From Sulfurospirillaceae bacterium (lineage in GTDB: Bacteria > Campylobacterota > Campylobacteria > Campylobacterales > Sulfurospirillaceae): a stretch of 64,000 nucleotides of DNA. Positions within the stretch are counted from its first letter, which is position 1, and the number at the start of each line of letters is the position of its first letter. Of this stretch, positions 27,595 to 37,372 are shown in pieces. The notes beneath the pieces were generated by a model. That model was given only the letters and a program-made list of their open reading frames with translations, did not search any database and had not been told where the DNA came from. The translations under genes and the position numbers were made by a program. Location: the NCBI GenBank assembly GCA_033723415.1, contig JAWVXD010000006.1, positions 32,001 to 96,000 of the forward strand. Reading direction: 5' to 3'.

Positions 27595-28506
27595 TCATAA
27601 AATAGGGATTATCAAAAATAAACTTCCCATACAAACCAGAGTTTGAAGTGTTATGATGGAAGCCATAAGCATTACGTCTCCGCCTAACTCTCTTGCTAAG
27701 ATATATCCGGAAACTGCTGTTGGCATTGCTCCAAAGATCACAGCAATACTAAGAGGCATACCACTTAGCCCAAACAACATGCCAATACCATATATAACAG
27801 CAGGAAAATAAAAAAGTTTAGCAATGGTTGCAACGACAAGCTCACTCTTTGCCGCATGCAAATATCTCAATTCTAAGCCGACTCCTACAGATAATAGACC
27901 CATAGGAAGAGCCGCATTACTCAAAACTCCAAAAGCTCTAAATATTACAGCTGGCATGGCTATATCACTATAATTTACGATTCCACCGACCAAACAAGCC
28001 AGTATTAGAGGGTTTTTGGCAACAGTTTTAAAAAATGCTCTGAAAGAAAAATCTCTGTGTCTTGTATATATAGCAAAAGTCGAGATACATAAAACATTGA
28101 TGAAAGGGATCACAAAAGCCATAACTATCGCTGCTAAAACCAATCCTTTGTCACCATAAACAGAATCAACAAAAGCCAAAAGAACATATGAATTAAATCT
28201 TACACCGCCTTGTATTATAGAAGTAAACGCCCTATTGTCAAATTTGATAATTAAATTTAAGACAACTAAGGTCAAGAAAACTACAATAATACTAGAGAGT
28301 GCCGTACCGACTAGATTGATCGTATGAGATAGATCTACTTTTGCATTTGAGAGTTTATAAACCAATAGTGAGGGCATCAGAACATAATAAGTCAATTTAT
28401 CGGCAAGCGGCCAAAAATCAGTAGCAGGAAACTTTATACGTTTCAAAAAATATCCAAGCAGTATAAGTGAAAAAATCGGTATCAACGTATTAATTATGTG
28501 TTCCAT
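27595..28506 (-). CDS. AEC (auxin efflux carrier) family transporter
   Basis: About 10 TM segments; RFNSY, KNPLILA, MPTAVSGYILARELGGD. Confidence 0.88.
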   Translation of the reverse strand: MEHIINTLIPIFSLILLGYFLKRIKFPATDFWPLADKLTYYVLMPSLLVYKLSNAKVDLSHTINLVGTALSSIIVVFLTLVVLNLIIKFDNRAFTSIIQGGVRFNSYVLLAFVDSVYGDKGLVLAAIVMAFVIPFINVLCISTFAIYTRHRDFSFRAFFKTVAKNPLILACLVGGIVNYSDIAMPAVIFRAFGVLSNAALPMGLLSVGVGLELRYLHAAKSELVVATIAKLFYFPAVIYGIGMLFGLSGMPLSIAVIFGAMPTAVSGYILARELGGDVMLMASIITLQTLVCMGSLFLIIPIL

Positions 28507-28515
28507 AAAACCTTC

Positions 28516-28860
28516 TTAGTTTTTAGTCCTAAAGCCTTCTTTTTTGACAAGCTCTTTTAATTTTTGTTGGCAATCGCCTTGAAACTCCATCCAGCCATCT
28601 TTTGAAGTGCCTCCGGTCCCAAGTATCTTTTTAAAATTTTTACACAACTCTTTTAGCTCATTCGTATCTATAAAGAACTCTCCGACCAAACTAACGCTCT
28701 TGCCTCTTCTTTTTTCTATCTTAAAGACCAAAGAGTGCTCATGGCGAGCTTTTATCTCTTTGTTCTTAGTTTTTTTATCATCTTTTTCAAAACTCCAATC
28801 TTTGTCATGATTCAAAGAAGAGCCTATCTCAAAGAGATTTTTATGCACCTGCTTGCTCAT
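28516..28860 (-). CDS. yciH: SUI1/YciH family translation initiation factor
   Basis: EKRRGKSVSLV, KKILGTGGTSKDGWMEFQGD. Confidence 0.85.
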   Translation of the reverse strand: MSKQVHKNLFEIGSSLNHDKDWSFEKDDKKTKNKEIKARHEHSLVFKIEKRRGKSVSLVGEFFIDTNELKELCKNFKKILGTGGTSKDGWMEFQGDCQQKLKELVKKEGFRTKN

Positions 28861-30436
28861 TGTAAGTTTCGTAATCACCCTTGAAATCTACAAAAGTTCC
28901 ATCAGGTTTTAATTCTATGATCCTATTTGCAAAAGCATCTATAAGCTCTCTATCGTGAGTAGCGCAAATAACATTTCCATCAAAATTATATAATCCCTCT
29001 CCCAGTGCGATGATAGCTTCTAGATCAAGATGATTATCCGGTTCATCCAAAAGCAAAAAATTTCCTCGTTGTAACATCATCTTCGAGAGCATCATACGAT
29101 GTTTTTCTCCACCGCTAATACTTTTGATGCTTTTTTTCTGCTCTTCACCCGAAAAAAGCATCCTGCCCAAACATTTTCTAACCTCATCCAAATCTTTTTT
29201 CTCATCATAAGTCTGAAGCCATTCATAGAGCAATTCATCACCATTTATAATGTCAGTTGTATTTTGAGGAAAATAACTAGGTTCGATCGTAGCACCCCAT
29301 TTTATATCTCCGCTGTCAGCTTTCAGCTCATCTATAATGATACTTAGAAGAGTTGTCTTACCTACACCGTTTGGTCCTATCAGTGCTATTTTATCGCCTT
29401 TTTCAACCTTAAAACCGATATCTTTTAAAACAATATTATCATCGTAAGATTTATTGATCCCTTCTATTTCCAAGACTTCGTTTCCTATCTCTCTTTTCAT
29501 CTTAAAAACGATACTTGGATCACGTCTTGTTGAAGTTTGTATATCTTCTATAACAAGTTTTTCAAGTCTTTTCTGTCTACTTGTAGCTTGTTTTGCTTTT
29601 GAAGCATTGGCAGAAAATCTTCTTACAAATGCTTCCAGTTCTTCTTTTTCTTTTAGTTTTTTGTTTTGTTCCAATTCTTGTTGTTTCAATAAAAGATTAG
29701 AAGCCATATACCAATCATCGTAATTTCCGCTGAATTCTCTGATCTTTTTGTAGTCTACGTCTAAAATATTTGTACATATTGAATTTAAGAAGTGTCTGTC
29801 ATGAGATATTACGACCATAGTACCTTCGTGTTTTTTCAACTGCTCCTCAAGCCAGGCAATTGCGTGCAAGTCTAGATTGTTCGTAGGCTCATCTAGAAAC
29901 AGGACATCCGGTTTTGGAAACAATACTTGAGCTAGAAGAATCTTAAATTTGTCTCCGCCGGTGAGTGAACTCATAAGATCATTGTGAGTCTCTATCTCAA
30001 AACCAAGTGAGCTTAAAATCTTTTCAATATTGACATCTACTTCATAGGTAGGATCTTCTTCAGAGCAAATTATTTCAAGTTCTGACAGTCTGTCATTTAC
30101 TTTTTCATCATCAAAATCACCATTTATATATAAATCTTCTTTCTCTTTAATAGCATCATAAAGTCTCTTATTGCCATACATTACGGCATCTTTTAGAGTA
30201 AATTTTTCATAAGCGTATTGATTTTGACTCAGTGTTCCCACGCGAAGGCCGTTTTGTACGGATATATTACCGCTGGTCGGAGGGATTTCTCCTGAGAGAA
30301 TCTTCATAAATGTACTTTTGCCGGCACCGTTTGCACCTATAAGACCATATCTTTTACCTACATCAAGCTTTAGATTGATGTTTTCAAATAAAACACGTGG
30401 ACCATATCTCATCGTTACGCTATTGACTTCTACCAT
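28841..30436 (-). CDS. ABC-F family ATPase (YbiT-like)
   Basis: Two ABC cassettes (GANGAGKST, GPNGVGKTT), no TM segments, linker FVRRFSANASKAKQATSR. Confidence 0.92.
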   Translation of the reverse strand: MVEVNSVTMRYGPRVLFENINLKLDVGKRYGLIGANGAGKSTFMKILSGEIPPTSGNISVQNGLRVGTLSQNQYAYEKFTLKDAVMYGNKRLYDAIKEKEDLYINGDFDDEKVNDRLSELEIICSEEDPTYEVDVNIEKILSSLGFEIETHNDLMSSLTGGDKFKILLAQVLFPKPDVLFLDEPTNNLDLHAIAWLEEQLKKHEGTMVVISHDRHFLNSICTNILDVDYKKIREFSGNYDDWYMASNLLLKQQELEQNKKLKEKEELEAFVRRFSANASKAKQATSRQKRLEKLVIEDIQTSTRRDPSIVFKMKREIGNEVLEIEGINKSYDDNIVLKDIGFKVEKGDKIALIGPNGVGKTTLLSIIIDELKADSGDIKWGATIEPSYFPQNTTDIINGDELLYEWLQTYDEKKDLDEVRKCLGRMLFSGEEQKKSIKSISGGEKHRMMLSKMMLQRGNFLLLDEPDNHLDLEAIIALGEGLYNFDGNVICATHDRELIDAFANRIIELKPDGTFVDFKGDYETYNEQAGA

Positions 30437-30500
30437 ATATTATCTACTTTCAATTTATAATTTTTGGGCGATTATACCATATATTTTTGGAAGGAAAAGT

Positions 30501-30533
30501 TTGATTTAGGAGGTTTATAACCTCCTAAATCAA
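30501..30533 (-). terminator. Terminator hairpin at the end of dapD
   Basis: Perfect 15-bp inverted repeat ttgatttaggaggtt / aacctcctaaatcaa. Confidence 0.7.
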
Positions 30534-31735
30534 TGAAGTTCACTATTTAAGACTATTTCTCTTTGACTTCTAAGTGCCATGATCATGCCGTTTGTACTAT
30601 TTTGACGGAAATGAAGTCCATTCATGCCCGACAATTCTAATCCTTTAAAAAATTTAATTTTTTCACTCTCTTCAAAATTAAAATCTGGATTTACTTCTTT
30701 TATCTTTTGTAGCTGCTGCGGTGCGATAGCAATCTTTGTACCTTCCAATATAGAAATACCGGCATCTACGATACAACCATCACCCAGAGGAATACCCGTG
30801 ACTGAATTAGCACCAAGAAGAGTATTTTCACCTATACTTACAGGATTTCCGTTAGTTCCGCTTAGAACTCCCAAAATACTGGCACCGCCTCCGACATCAC
30901 TGCCTTTTCCTACTATGGCTGAGGAACTTATACGTCCTTCAACCATAACGGCACCTGTCGTACCTGCATTAAAGTTTATATAACTGGCTCCTGGCATAAC
31001 AGTAGTTCCAGCTGCCAATTGGGCACCCATCCTAACTTTTGAACTGTCTAATATACGAGTATTGTCATCCGGTATTATGTGTGATAAAAATCTAGGAAAT
31101 TTATCTACAGAATCTATGGTTGGATAAGCACCGAGAAGCTTAAGTTCTATTTCATTTTCCCTAAGCCAAGCAAGCTCTATCGCTTCTCTTCCGCTCCAAG
31201 CTACATTTGGCAAGATCCCAAATGCTCCACTTAGATTAAGACTTCTAAGTTTTGCTTTTCCTGATGACAAGGCATAAAGTTTAAGATAAACGCTCTCTAC
31301 GCTTTTAGGACTATCATCTTCAAAGATAAAGACAATTTTATAATCTTTTAGGTCTATATCCTTTTTCATACATTGCAAAACATTTATGACTTGGACGTTT
31401 TTGTGAGAATCACCTTCGGCATCATTCAAAAAAGGATAGAAAGCCTTATATGCAAACTTGATAAATTTTTTATCTATATTTGATACAAATTCACTACTGC
31501 CGAAGTCAACTTCAATTCCACTTTGTATCAAAGCTTCGACAAATATAGCAAAAGAACCAAAATTTTCATTCCAGTTTATCACCGGAAAATTTGCCTGTAG
31601 GATCAAATCCTGATTTAGTTGTCCTCGATCAACCTTCGCAATACCAAAACCGAGAGGTTTTCTATAACCCTCTCTGGCTTCGACAGAAGCTATCAATTCC
31701 TTAAACTCTTCCACACTTTCTATGATTTTTGACAA
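30530..31735 (-). CDS. dapD: Tetrahydrodipicolinate N-succinyltransferase (Campylobacter/Helicobacter type)
   Basis: VDKFPR, SYINFNAGT, MVEGRISSSA, DVGGGASILGVLSG, C-terminal LNSELH. Confidence 0.93.
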   Translation of the reverse strand: MSKIIESVEEFKELIASVEAREGYRKPLGFGIAKVDRGQLNQDLILQANFPVINWNENFGSFAIFVEALIQSGIEVDFGSSEFVSNIDKKFIKFAYKAFYPFLNDAEGDSHKNVQVINVLQCMKKDIDLKDYKIVFIFEDDSPKSVESVYLKLYALSSGKAKLRSLNLSGAFGILPNVAWSGREAIELAWLRENEIELKLLGAYPTIDSVDKFPRFLSHIIPDDNTRILDSSKVRMGAQLAAGTTVMPGASYINFNAGTTGAVMVEGRISSSAIVGKGSDVGGGASILGVLSGTNGNPVSIGENTLLGANSVTGIPLGDGCIVDAGISILEGTKIAIAPQQLQKIKEVNPDFNFEESEKIKFFKGLELSGMNGLHFRQNSTNGMIMALRSQREIVLNSELH

Positions 31736-31754
31736 TACTTTTCCTTTTTAACTT

Positions 31755-32936
31755 CTAGTGACAACCGCAACTTGGACCACAGCCCTCTTCTTTTTTAGGC
31801 TCAGGTGCTGCTGCTGCAGTTGAGCATGCACTTGGAGCGCCGTTTACGCCCATTGTCGGTTGAATTGATTCGTTGCTTACGCCGCCTTCTTCATTGATCT
31901 TTTCAATATCTTTCCATAATCTTGCTGCTGCTTCTTGATATCTTTTCGCACTTTCACTCTCAGGATGAAAGAAGACCACAGGTTTTCCTGCATCTCCGCC
32001 TTCTCTTATAGCAGGCTCTATTGGTATTTCACCTAAGATCACAGTATTAAATTTATCTGCCAAAGGCTTCGTTGTACCTTTTCCAAAGATATCATATTCT
32101 TTATTGGTTTCAGGACATATAAATCCACTCATATTTTCCATTATACCTGCAATTGGAATGTGAAGTTTTTTGAACATATCTAAACTTCTCTCAGTATCAT
32201 CAAGTGCGACTTGTTGTGGCGTGGTAACACAGATTCCTGTGGTCACAGGTACACTTTGTGCCAAAGTAAGCTGTGCATCACCTGTTCCGGGAGGCATGTC
32301 GATAAACAATACATCCAGATCACTCCAAAGTATATCACGAAGAAGTTGCTCGATCGCTTTCATGATCATAGCGCCTCTCCAGATAAGTGATTGACCTTCT
32401 TCCATCAAACTTCCCATACTCATCATCTCTACGCCGTGAGCCAGGATAGGTTTTACTTTATTTCCTACTACTTCAGGATTTTTACCGACTGTTCCCATCA
32501 TACGAGGTACATTTGGTCCGTAAATATCAGCATCAAGTAGTCCGACTTTTTTACCTTGGCTAGCCAATGCGATAGCAAGATTTACAGTTGTAGTAGTTTT
32601 ACCTACTCCGCCTTTACCGGAACTTACCATGACAAAGTTTTTGACATGAGGAGCGATGTTTTTACCGCTTTGAGAATTGCTTTTTTGTGCCGGTGCTTTT
32701 GGCTGCTTTATAGCTATATCAACTCTTTGGGCTCCGATAGAAGTCAATTTGGCATCTATATCTTTTTTCAACTCTTTTGCAACATCTTCACTTGATGAGA
32801 CTATATCCAATTCTACATATACATTGTTATCTTTTATATCAATGTCTTTTACAAAACCAAAAGCTACTATATCTTTTTCAAATCCGGGGTAAATAACCTC
32901 TTTTAGCTTTTCGTTTACACTGTTTTTATCTAACAT
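31755..32936 (-). CDS. mrp: Mrp/NBP35 (ApbC) Fe-S cluster carrier ATPase
   Basis: N-terminal DUF59-like domain, SGKGGVGKT, DADIYGP, DMPPGTGD, ENMS; AAGGAG SD before MLDKN. Confidence 0.93.
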   Translation of the reverse strand: MLDKNSVNEKLKEVIYPGFEKDIVAFGFVKDIDIKDNNVYVELDIVSSSEDVAKELKKDIDAKLTSIGAQRVDIAIKQPKAPAQKSNSQSGKNIAPHVKNFVMVSSGKGGVGKTTTTVNLAIALASQGKKVGLLDADIYGPNVPRMMGTVGKNPEVVGNKVKPILAHGVEMMSMGSLMEEGQSLIWRGAMIMKAIEQLLRDILWSDLDVLFIDMPPGTGDAQLTLAQSVPVTTGICVTTPQQVALDDTERSLDMFKKLHIPIAGIMENMSGFICPETNKEYDIFGKGTTKPLADKFNTVILGEIPIEPAIREGGDAGKPVVFFHPESESAKRYQEAAARLWKDIEKINEEGGVSNESIQPTMGVNGAPSACSTAAAAPEPKKEEGCGPSCGCH

Positions 32937-33122
32937 AAAAATTGCTCCTTGTTGTTTGTATTTTACTTTTTTATCCAATTTCCACATTTAGTCTGAATGA
33001 GTCAAACCAAATTTTCTCACTAAAACTTATATGCTTTAGTAGATGGAATTTATCACAAAAAAGATAAAAAAAAGCTTTTGTAGTGTATAATATCGTAACA
33101 CTTTATCTAAAAAGGACAAAAA

Positions 33123-34247
33123 TTGCCTGATTTGTCTCTTATTATGTTGGGAGCCGGAAATTCGTCAAGATTTGAGCATATTGTGAAAAAGCAATGGCTT
33201 CGTTTTGGGGAGATTCCTCTTTGGCTTTATTCAACAAACAATATAACCGAAAAACTTAAATTTGATAAAGTCATCATTGCCGGACATAAAGAAGAATTAA
33301 GCTATATGAAAAGATTTGATGATTCACACATATTTGTAGAAGGAGGAGATTCAAGACAAGAATCACTTAAAAATGCTCTTGCCTATGTAGATACTCCTTA
33401 TGTTTTGGTTAGCGACATAGCAAGGATATGTATAAGTGAGGATATGCTGCAAAGGATAAACTCTCAAAAAGGCAAAAGTGACATCATCGTACCATATCTT
33501 GAAGTAAGTGATACGGTCGTATATGATGATACTACTATTGATAGAGAAAAAGTAAAACTCATACAAACCCCGCAACTATCAAAAACTAAAATTTTAAGAT
33601 CTGCCCTCAATACGGATAAGACATATACTGATGACAGCAGTGCAATAAAAGCCGTAGGCGGAACAGTTTTATTTGTCAAAGGAGAAAATAAAGCAAAAAA
33701 ATTAACAAGGATTAGCGATCTTTCCGATATCATGTGCAAAAATGCTCCTTCAAAAAATATTTTTGTCGGAAATGGTTTTGACGTACATGAATTTGAAAAT
33801 GCAAAACCTATGATGCTTGGAGGCATAAAAGTTTGCGATGATCTGGGTTTTAAGGCACACTCCGATGGAGATGTTGCTATCCATGCCCTGATAGACTCAA
33901 TCCTTGGGGCAATAGGAGCAGGAGACATTGGAGAACTTTTTCCTGATGATGACGCAAAGTTTAAAAATATAGACTCCAAAGAGCTTTTAAAAAGAGTTTA
34001 CAAATTTATAACAAACGTCGGATTTGAGATTATCAATTGTGACATCACCATAATGGCACAAACTCCTAAAATAGGAGATTTAAAAAAAGAGATGGCAAAA
34101 ACAATAGCAAAGATATTAAATGTAAAAACTATATGCATAAATGTTAAAGCGACAACAACAGAAAAATTGGGTTTTATAGGCAGAAAAGAGGGAGTTGCCG
34201 TAAATGCAACTTCAACATTAAAATACATAGATTGGACGACCATATGA
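33123..34247 (+). CDS. ispDF: Bifunctional IspD/IspF
   Basis: LGAGNSSRF, GGDSRQES, IQTPQ; GNGFDVH, HSDGDVAIHALID, KATTTEKLGFIGR. Confidence 0.95.
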   Translation: MPDLSLIMLGAGNSSRFEHIVKKQWLRFGEIPLWLYSTNNITEKLKFDKVIIAGHKEELSYMKRFDDSHIFVEGGDSRQESLKNALAYVDTPYVLVSDIARICISEDMLQRINSQKGKSDIIVPYLEVSDTVVYDDTTIDREKVKLIQTPQLSKTKILRSALNTDKTYTDDSSAIKAVGGTVLFVKGENKAKKLTRISDLSDIMCKNAPSKNIFVGNGFDVHEFENAKPMMLGGIKVCDDLGFKAHSDGDVAIHALIDSILGAIGAGDIGELFPDDDAKFKNIDSKELLKRVYKFITNVGFEIINCDITIMAQTPKIGDLKKEMAKTIAKILNVKTICINVKATTTEKLGFIGRKEGVAVNATSTLKYIDWTTI

Positions 34248-35131
34248 AGATTCTCATAGTTGAAAATGAAATTTATCTAGCTCAAAGTATAGCTTCAAAG
34301 CTAACAACACTTGGATATTATTGTGATATAGCAACAACGATAAAGGATGCTATAACAGAAGAAAAATACGACTCTGTCCTACTCTCGACAAATGTTTCCG
34401 GACAAAACTTTTATCCCGTTATAAAAAAGCATCAATCCAGCATAATCATTCTCATGATATCTTATATCAGTAATGACACTGTCTCCAACCCAATAAAAGC
34501 CGGGGCTCATGATTACATCCAAAAACCTTTTATGATAGAGGAGTTAGTACGCAAATTAAAACATTTAAACGATCATGACACTCTCAAAAAAGAGAACGAA
34601 ACGTTCAAAGACTATCTTTCACATACTTTTGAAAGTACAAATCTGCCAAAGATAAACACAAAAGTCCACTTTCCTGCGATCATAAAAACAAACTCACAGA
34701 AAATGGCTGATGCTCTTGTTTTTGACTATTGCTCAAACATAGGAAAATCTTTTACATTTATTTCACTGACCAGTTCAAATGCCATAGAGCAAATATTGAG
34801 AGCAAAATCCGATGAGATAATCTATCTAGTTGAACTGCAAAAACTGAAAAAAAGTGAAAAAGCAAAGATCTTTAATGCTATAGAAGGTAAGAAGGTTTTT
34901 ATATCTACTACGGACACAACCGAGAATGCTCCGTATTTTTATATAGAAGTAAATAACAATAACAAAATATTAAACCAAGGCGAAATTTTATCTATAGATG
35001 ATTATGTCAAATATATAATATTAAATTTTCAAAATAAATTTCCTGATACGGAATTATCAAAAAAACTCGGAATTTCAAGAAAAAGCCTTTGGGAAAAAAG
35101 GAAAAAATATGGAATCAACAAAAAAGTATAG
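34244..35131 (+). CDS. Atypical response regulator with C-terminal Fis-like HTH (Cj1608-like)
   Basis: MKILIVENE, LLSTN at the phospho-Asp position, DYIQKPF, ELSKKLGISRKSLWEKRKKYG. Confidence 0.85.
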   Translation: MKILIVENEIYLAQSIASKLTTLGYYCDIATTIKDAITEEKYDSVLLSTNVSGQNFYPVIKKHQSSIIILMISYISNDTVSNPIKAGAHDYIQKPFMIEELVRKLKHLNDHDTLKKENETFKDYLSHTFESTNLPKINTKVHFPAIIKTNSQKMADALVFDYCSNIGKSFTFISLTSSNAIEQILRAKSDEIIYLVELQKLKKSEKAKIFNAIEGKKVFISTTDTTENAPYFYIEVNNNNKILNQGEILSIDDYVKYIILNFQNKFPDTELSKKLGISRKSLWEKRKKYGINKKV

Positions 35132-36299
35132 AAGAATACAACTTGATAGGCAAGCACTTGCCACACTCTCTTTTGCGCAAGAGGGGATCTTCAAACCGGT
35201 AGATAGACTTATGAATAAAGATGAAGCTATAGAAGTGGACAATACCGGCTTCTATAAGGGGAAACCTTTCCCTTTTCCTTTTATCTTGGCACCGGCAGGA
35301 TTAAAAAATGAAGAAGTAATATCAAGTGTAACTCCAGGTGAGAGAATAGATATAGAGGTCAATGGCGAGATCAGAGGATACATCATAGCAGAAGGATTCT
35401 TTGAAGTCGACAGAAGACGAAGAATTGAGCAAATATTCGGAAATTACGATACAAATAACGAAGCAACTATAGAATTTTTGCACAGACTAGGCAAATACTC
35501 GATTTTTGGAGATTACAAGGTTGATTTTGAAGATATTAAAAATGTCAAAAATCAAATAAAGAAGGCAATAAAAGAATCAGCTGCCAAAAGCGTAGCAGCG
35601 ATCATGCTAAAAGCAAACCCTTTCCACAGAGCTCATGAGAGATTGTTACGTATAACCTTGGAAAAAAGTGATTTGCTGGTAGTCTTTTTATCAAAACCTG
35701 CAACAGAAGGCATACTTTCATACGAGCTAAGATACAAAGCTTTAAAATATTTTGCGGATAATTACTTTCCAAAGAATAAAGTTTTGATAGTTCCTTTTGA
35801 AAGTACATACTTATTTGCAGGGTATAATGATGCCATACTTGATTGTATTTGTGCAAATAATTTTGGATGTAACAAATTTATCATAGGTAAAAATCATACC
35901 GGTATAGGCATGTATTATGATAAGAACCAAATAAAATCTATTCTCAGTAAGTATGAATCACTTGATATTGAGATCGAGGTCATATCCAGATTTGTTTATT
36001 GTCAAGAGTGTAAGACCTTGGTAAATACGAATACCTGTCCTCATGGTTCTCACAAACATATCAAATATAATGCAAGGGCACTTTTGGAGTTTTTCAAAGC
36101 AGGGATTTTACCGCCTGCGATGCTCATGAGAACAAATATATCCTCTATGATACTGAGTGAGCTCATGCCAAACAGATTTAAAAATATCAGTCAATTATAT
36201 GATGATATTTTTCCAAATGAAGGCTTACTGGAAAATCACACTGAAGAAGAGTTTTATAAAAACCTGCTGAAGCTTCACCAAACAACATCTTTGACTTAG
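35109..36299 (+). CDS. Sulfate adenylyltransferase-like protein (Cj1609-like)
   Basis: NPFHRAHE, NNFGCNKFIIGKNHTG, CQEC...CPH zinc site. Confidence 0.8.
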   Translation: MESTKKYRRIQLDRQALATLSFAQEGIFKPVDRLMNKDEAIEVDNTGFYKGKPFPFPFILAPAGLKNEEVISSVTPGERIDIEVNGEIRGYIIAEGFFEVDRRRRIEQIFGNYDTNNEATIEFLHRLGKYSIFGDYKVDFEDIKNVKNQIKKAIKESAAKSVAAIMLKANPFHRAHERLLRITLEKSDLLVVFLSKPATEGILSYELRYKALKYFADNYFPKNKVLIVPFESTYLFAGYNDAILDCICANNFGCNKFIIGKNHTGIGMYYDKNQIKSILSKYESLDIEIEVISRFVYCQECKTLVNTNTCPHGSHKHIKYNARALLEFFKAGILPPAMLMRTNISSMILSELMPNRFKNISQLYDDIFPNEGLLENHTEEEFYKNLLKLHQTTSLT

Positions 36300-36307
36300 G
36301 CGATAAT

Positions 36308-36784
36308 ATGAGAAAATTATTTTTGACTTTTTTTTACAGTGGACTTTCTCCTTATGCCCCGGGTACTGCAGGAAGTATTGTTGCAAGCATCTTAGGATTT
36401 GCTATATTACAGTATTTTCCGATGCAAACGCTTTTTTTGCTTACTATTCTCTTTACTATAGTAGGGATAAGAGAGATCAACATATATGAAAAAATAACCG
36501 GCACTCATGATGACAAAAGCATCGTAATAGATGAAGTTGTAGGTGTCTGGCTTGCATTTGTTTTAAGCTCTGCGACTATGACTCAAATGATACTAAGTCT
36601 TGTGTATTTTAGGATATTTGACATCTGGAAACCTTCGATCATAGGAAAGATAGACAAAAACGTAAAAGGCGGTCTGGGAGTCATGGGAGATGATATCTTA
36701 GCAGGTATCTTGGCCGGCATTTGTAGTGCAGGAACATGGCAGTTTATCCTATATCTGTCTAAAACCATCCCGTTCAAACTGTAG
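36308..36784 (+). CDS. pgpA: Phosphatidylglycerophosphatase A
   Basis: APGTAGS, IVIDEVVG, FRIFDIWKP, GVMGDD. Confidence 0.93.
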   Translation: MRKLFLTFFYSGLSPYAPGTAGSIVASILGFAILQYFPMQTLFLLTILFTIVGIREINIYEKITGTHDDKSIVIDEVVGVWLAFVLSSATMTQMILSLVYFRIFDIWKPSIIGKIDKNVKGGLGVMGDDILAGILAGICSAGTWQFILYLSKTIPFKL

Positions 36785-37336
36785 AGCGAAATCCAAAAAG
36801 AGATCTTTTTCACTTTCGCTCAAGCTTACTTCCCACTCGATACCCTCACCAAGATATGCTCTTTTAGGAAACGATATATTTTCGTTTTCGAAAAAGTGCT
36901 CAAATCTTGAAACCAGATTGTAAACAGTATAAAATCTTACATTTTCCTTTTTTTCATAAGGTAAAAGTCTGGCGCTCTCTATAACATTTTTTGCAATACT
37001 TCCATAAGCCCTTACCAATCCTCCGGTTCCAAGCTTGATACCGCCAAAATATCTGACGATCAAAATCCCGCATTCTATGAGCTCAGCACCTCTCATAACA
37101 TTGAGTACGGGAGGTCCGGAGGTTCCTTTTGGCTCTCCATCATCGCTACTGTTTTCCACGATTTGATCAAATTCATTTAAATAGCGTTTTGCCCAAACTA
37201 TATGTCTGGCTTTTGGATGTTCAACTTTTAATCTTGCATGAATTGTTTCAAAGTCTGAGATAGGAATCAGATAGGCTATAAAAGATGACTTTTTAATTTC
37301 TATCTGTTCATTAAATTCATCTTTTACGCTTTGCAC
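36749..37336 (-). CDS. YigZ/IMPACT family protein
   Basis: IKKSSF, SSDDGEPKGTSG, VRYFGGIKLGTGGLVRAY. Confidence 0.93.
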   Translation of the reverse strand: MQSVKDEFNEQIEIKKSSFIAYLIPISDFETIHARLKVEHPKARHIVWAKRYLNEFDQIVENSSDDGEPKGTSGPPVLNVMRGAELIECGILIVRYFGGIKLGTGGLVRAYGSIAKNVIESARLLPYEKKENVRFYTVYNLVSRFEHFFENENISFPKRAYLGEGIEWEVSLSESEKDLFLDFALQFERDGFRQI

Positions 37337-37372
37337 CTATCAATTCCTTTGTCATTTCTAATAAATACTGTT

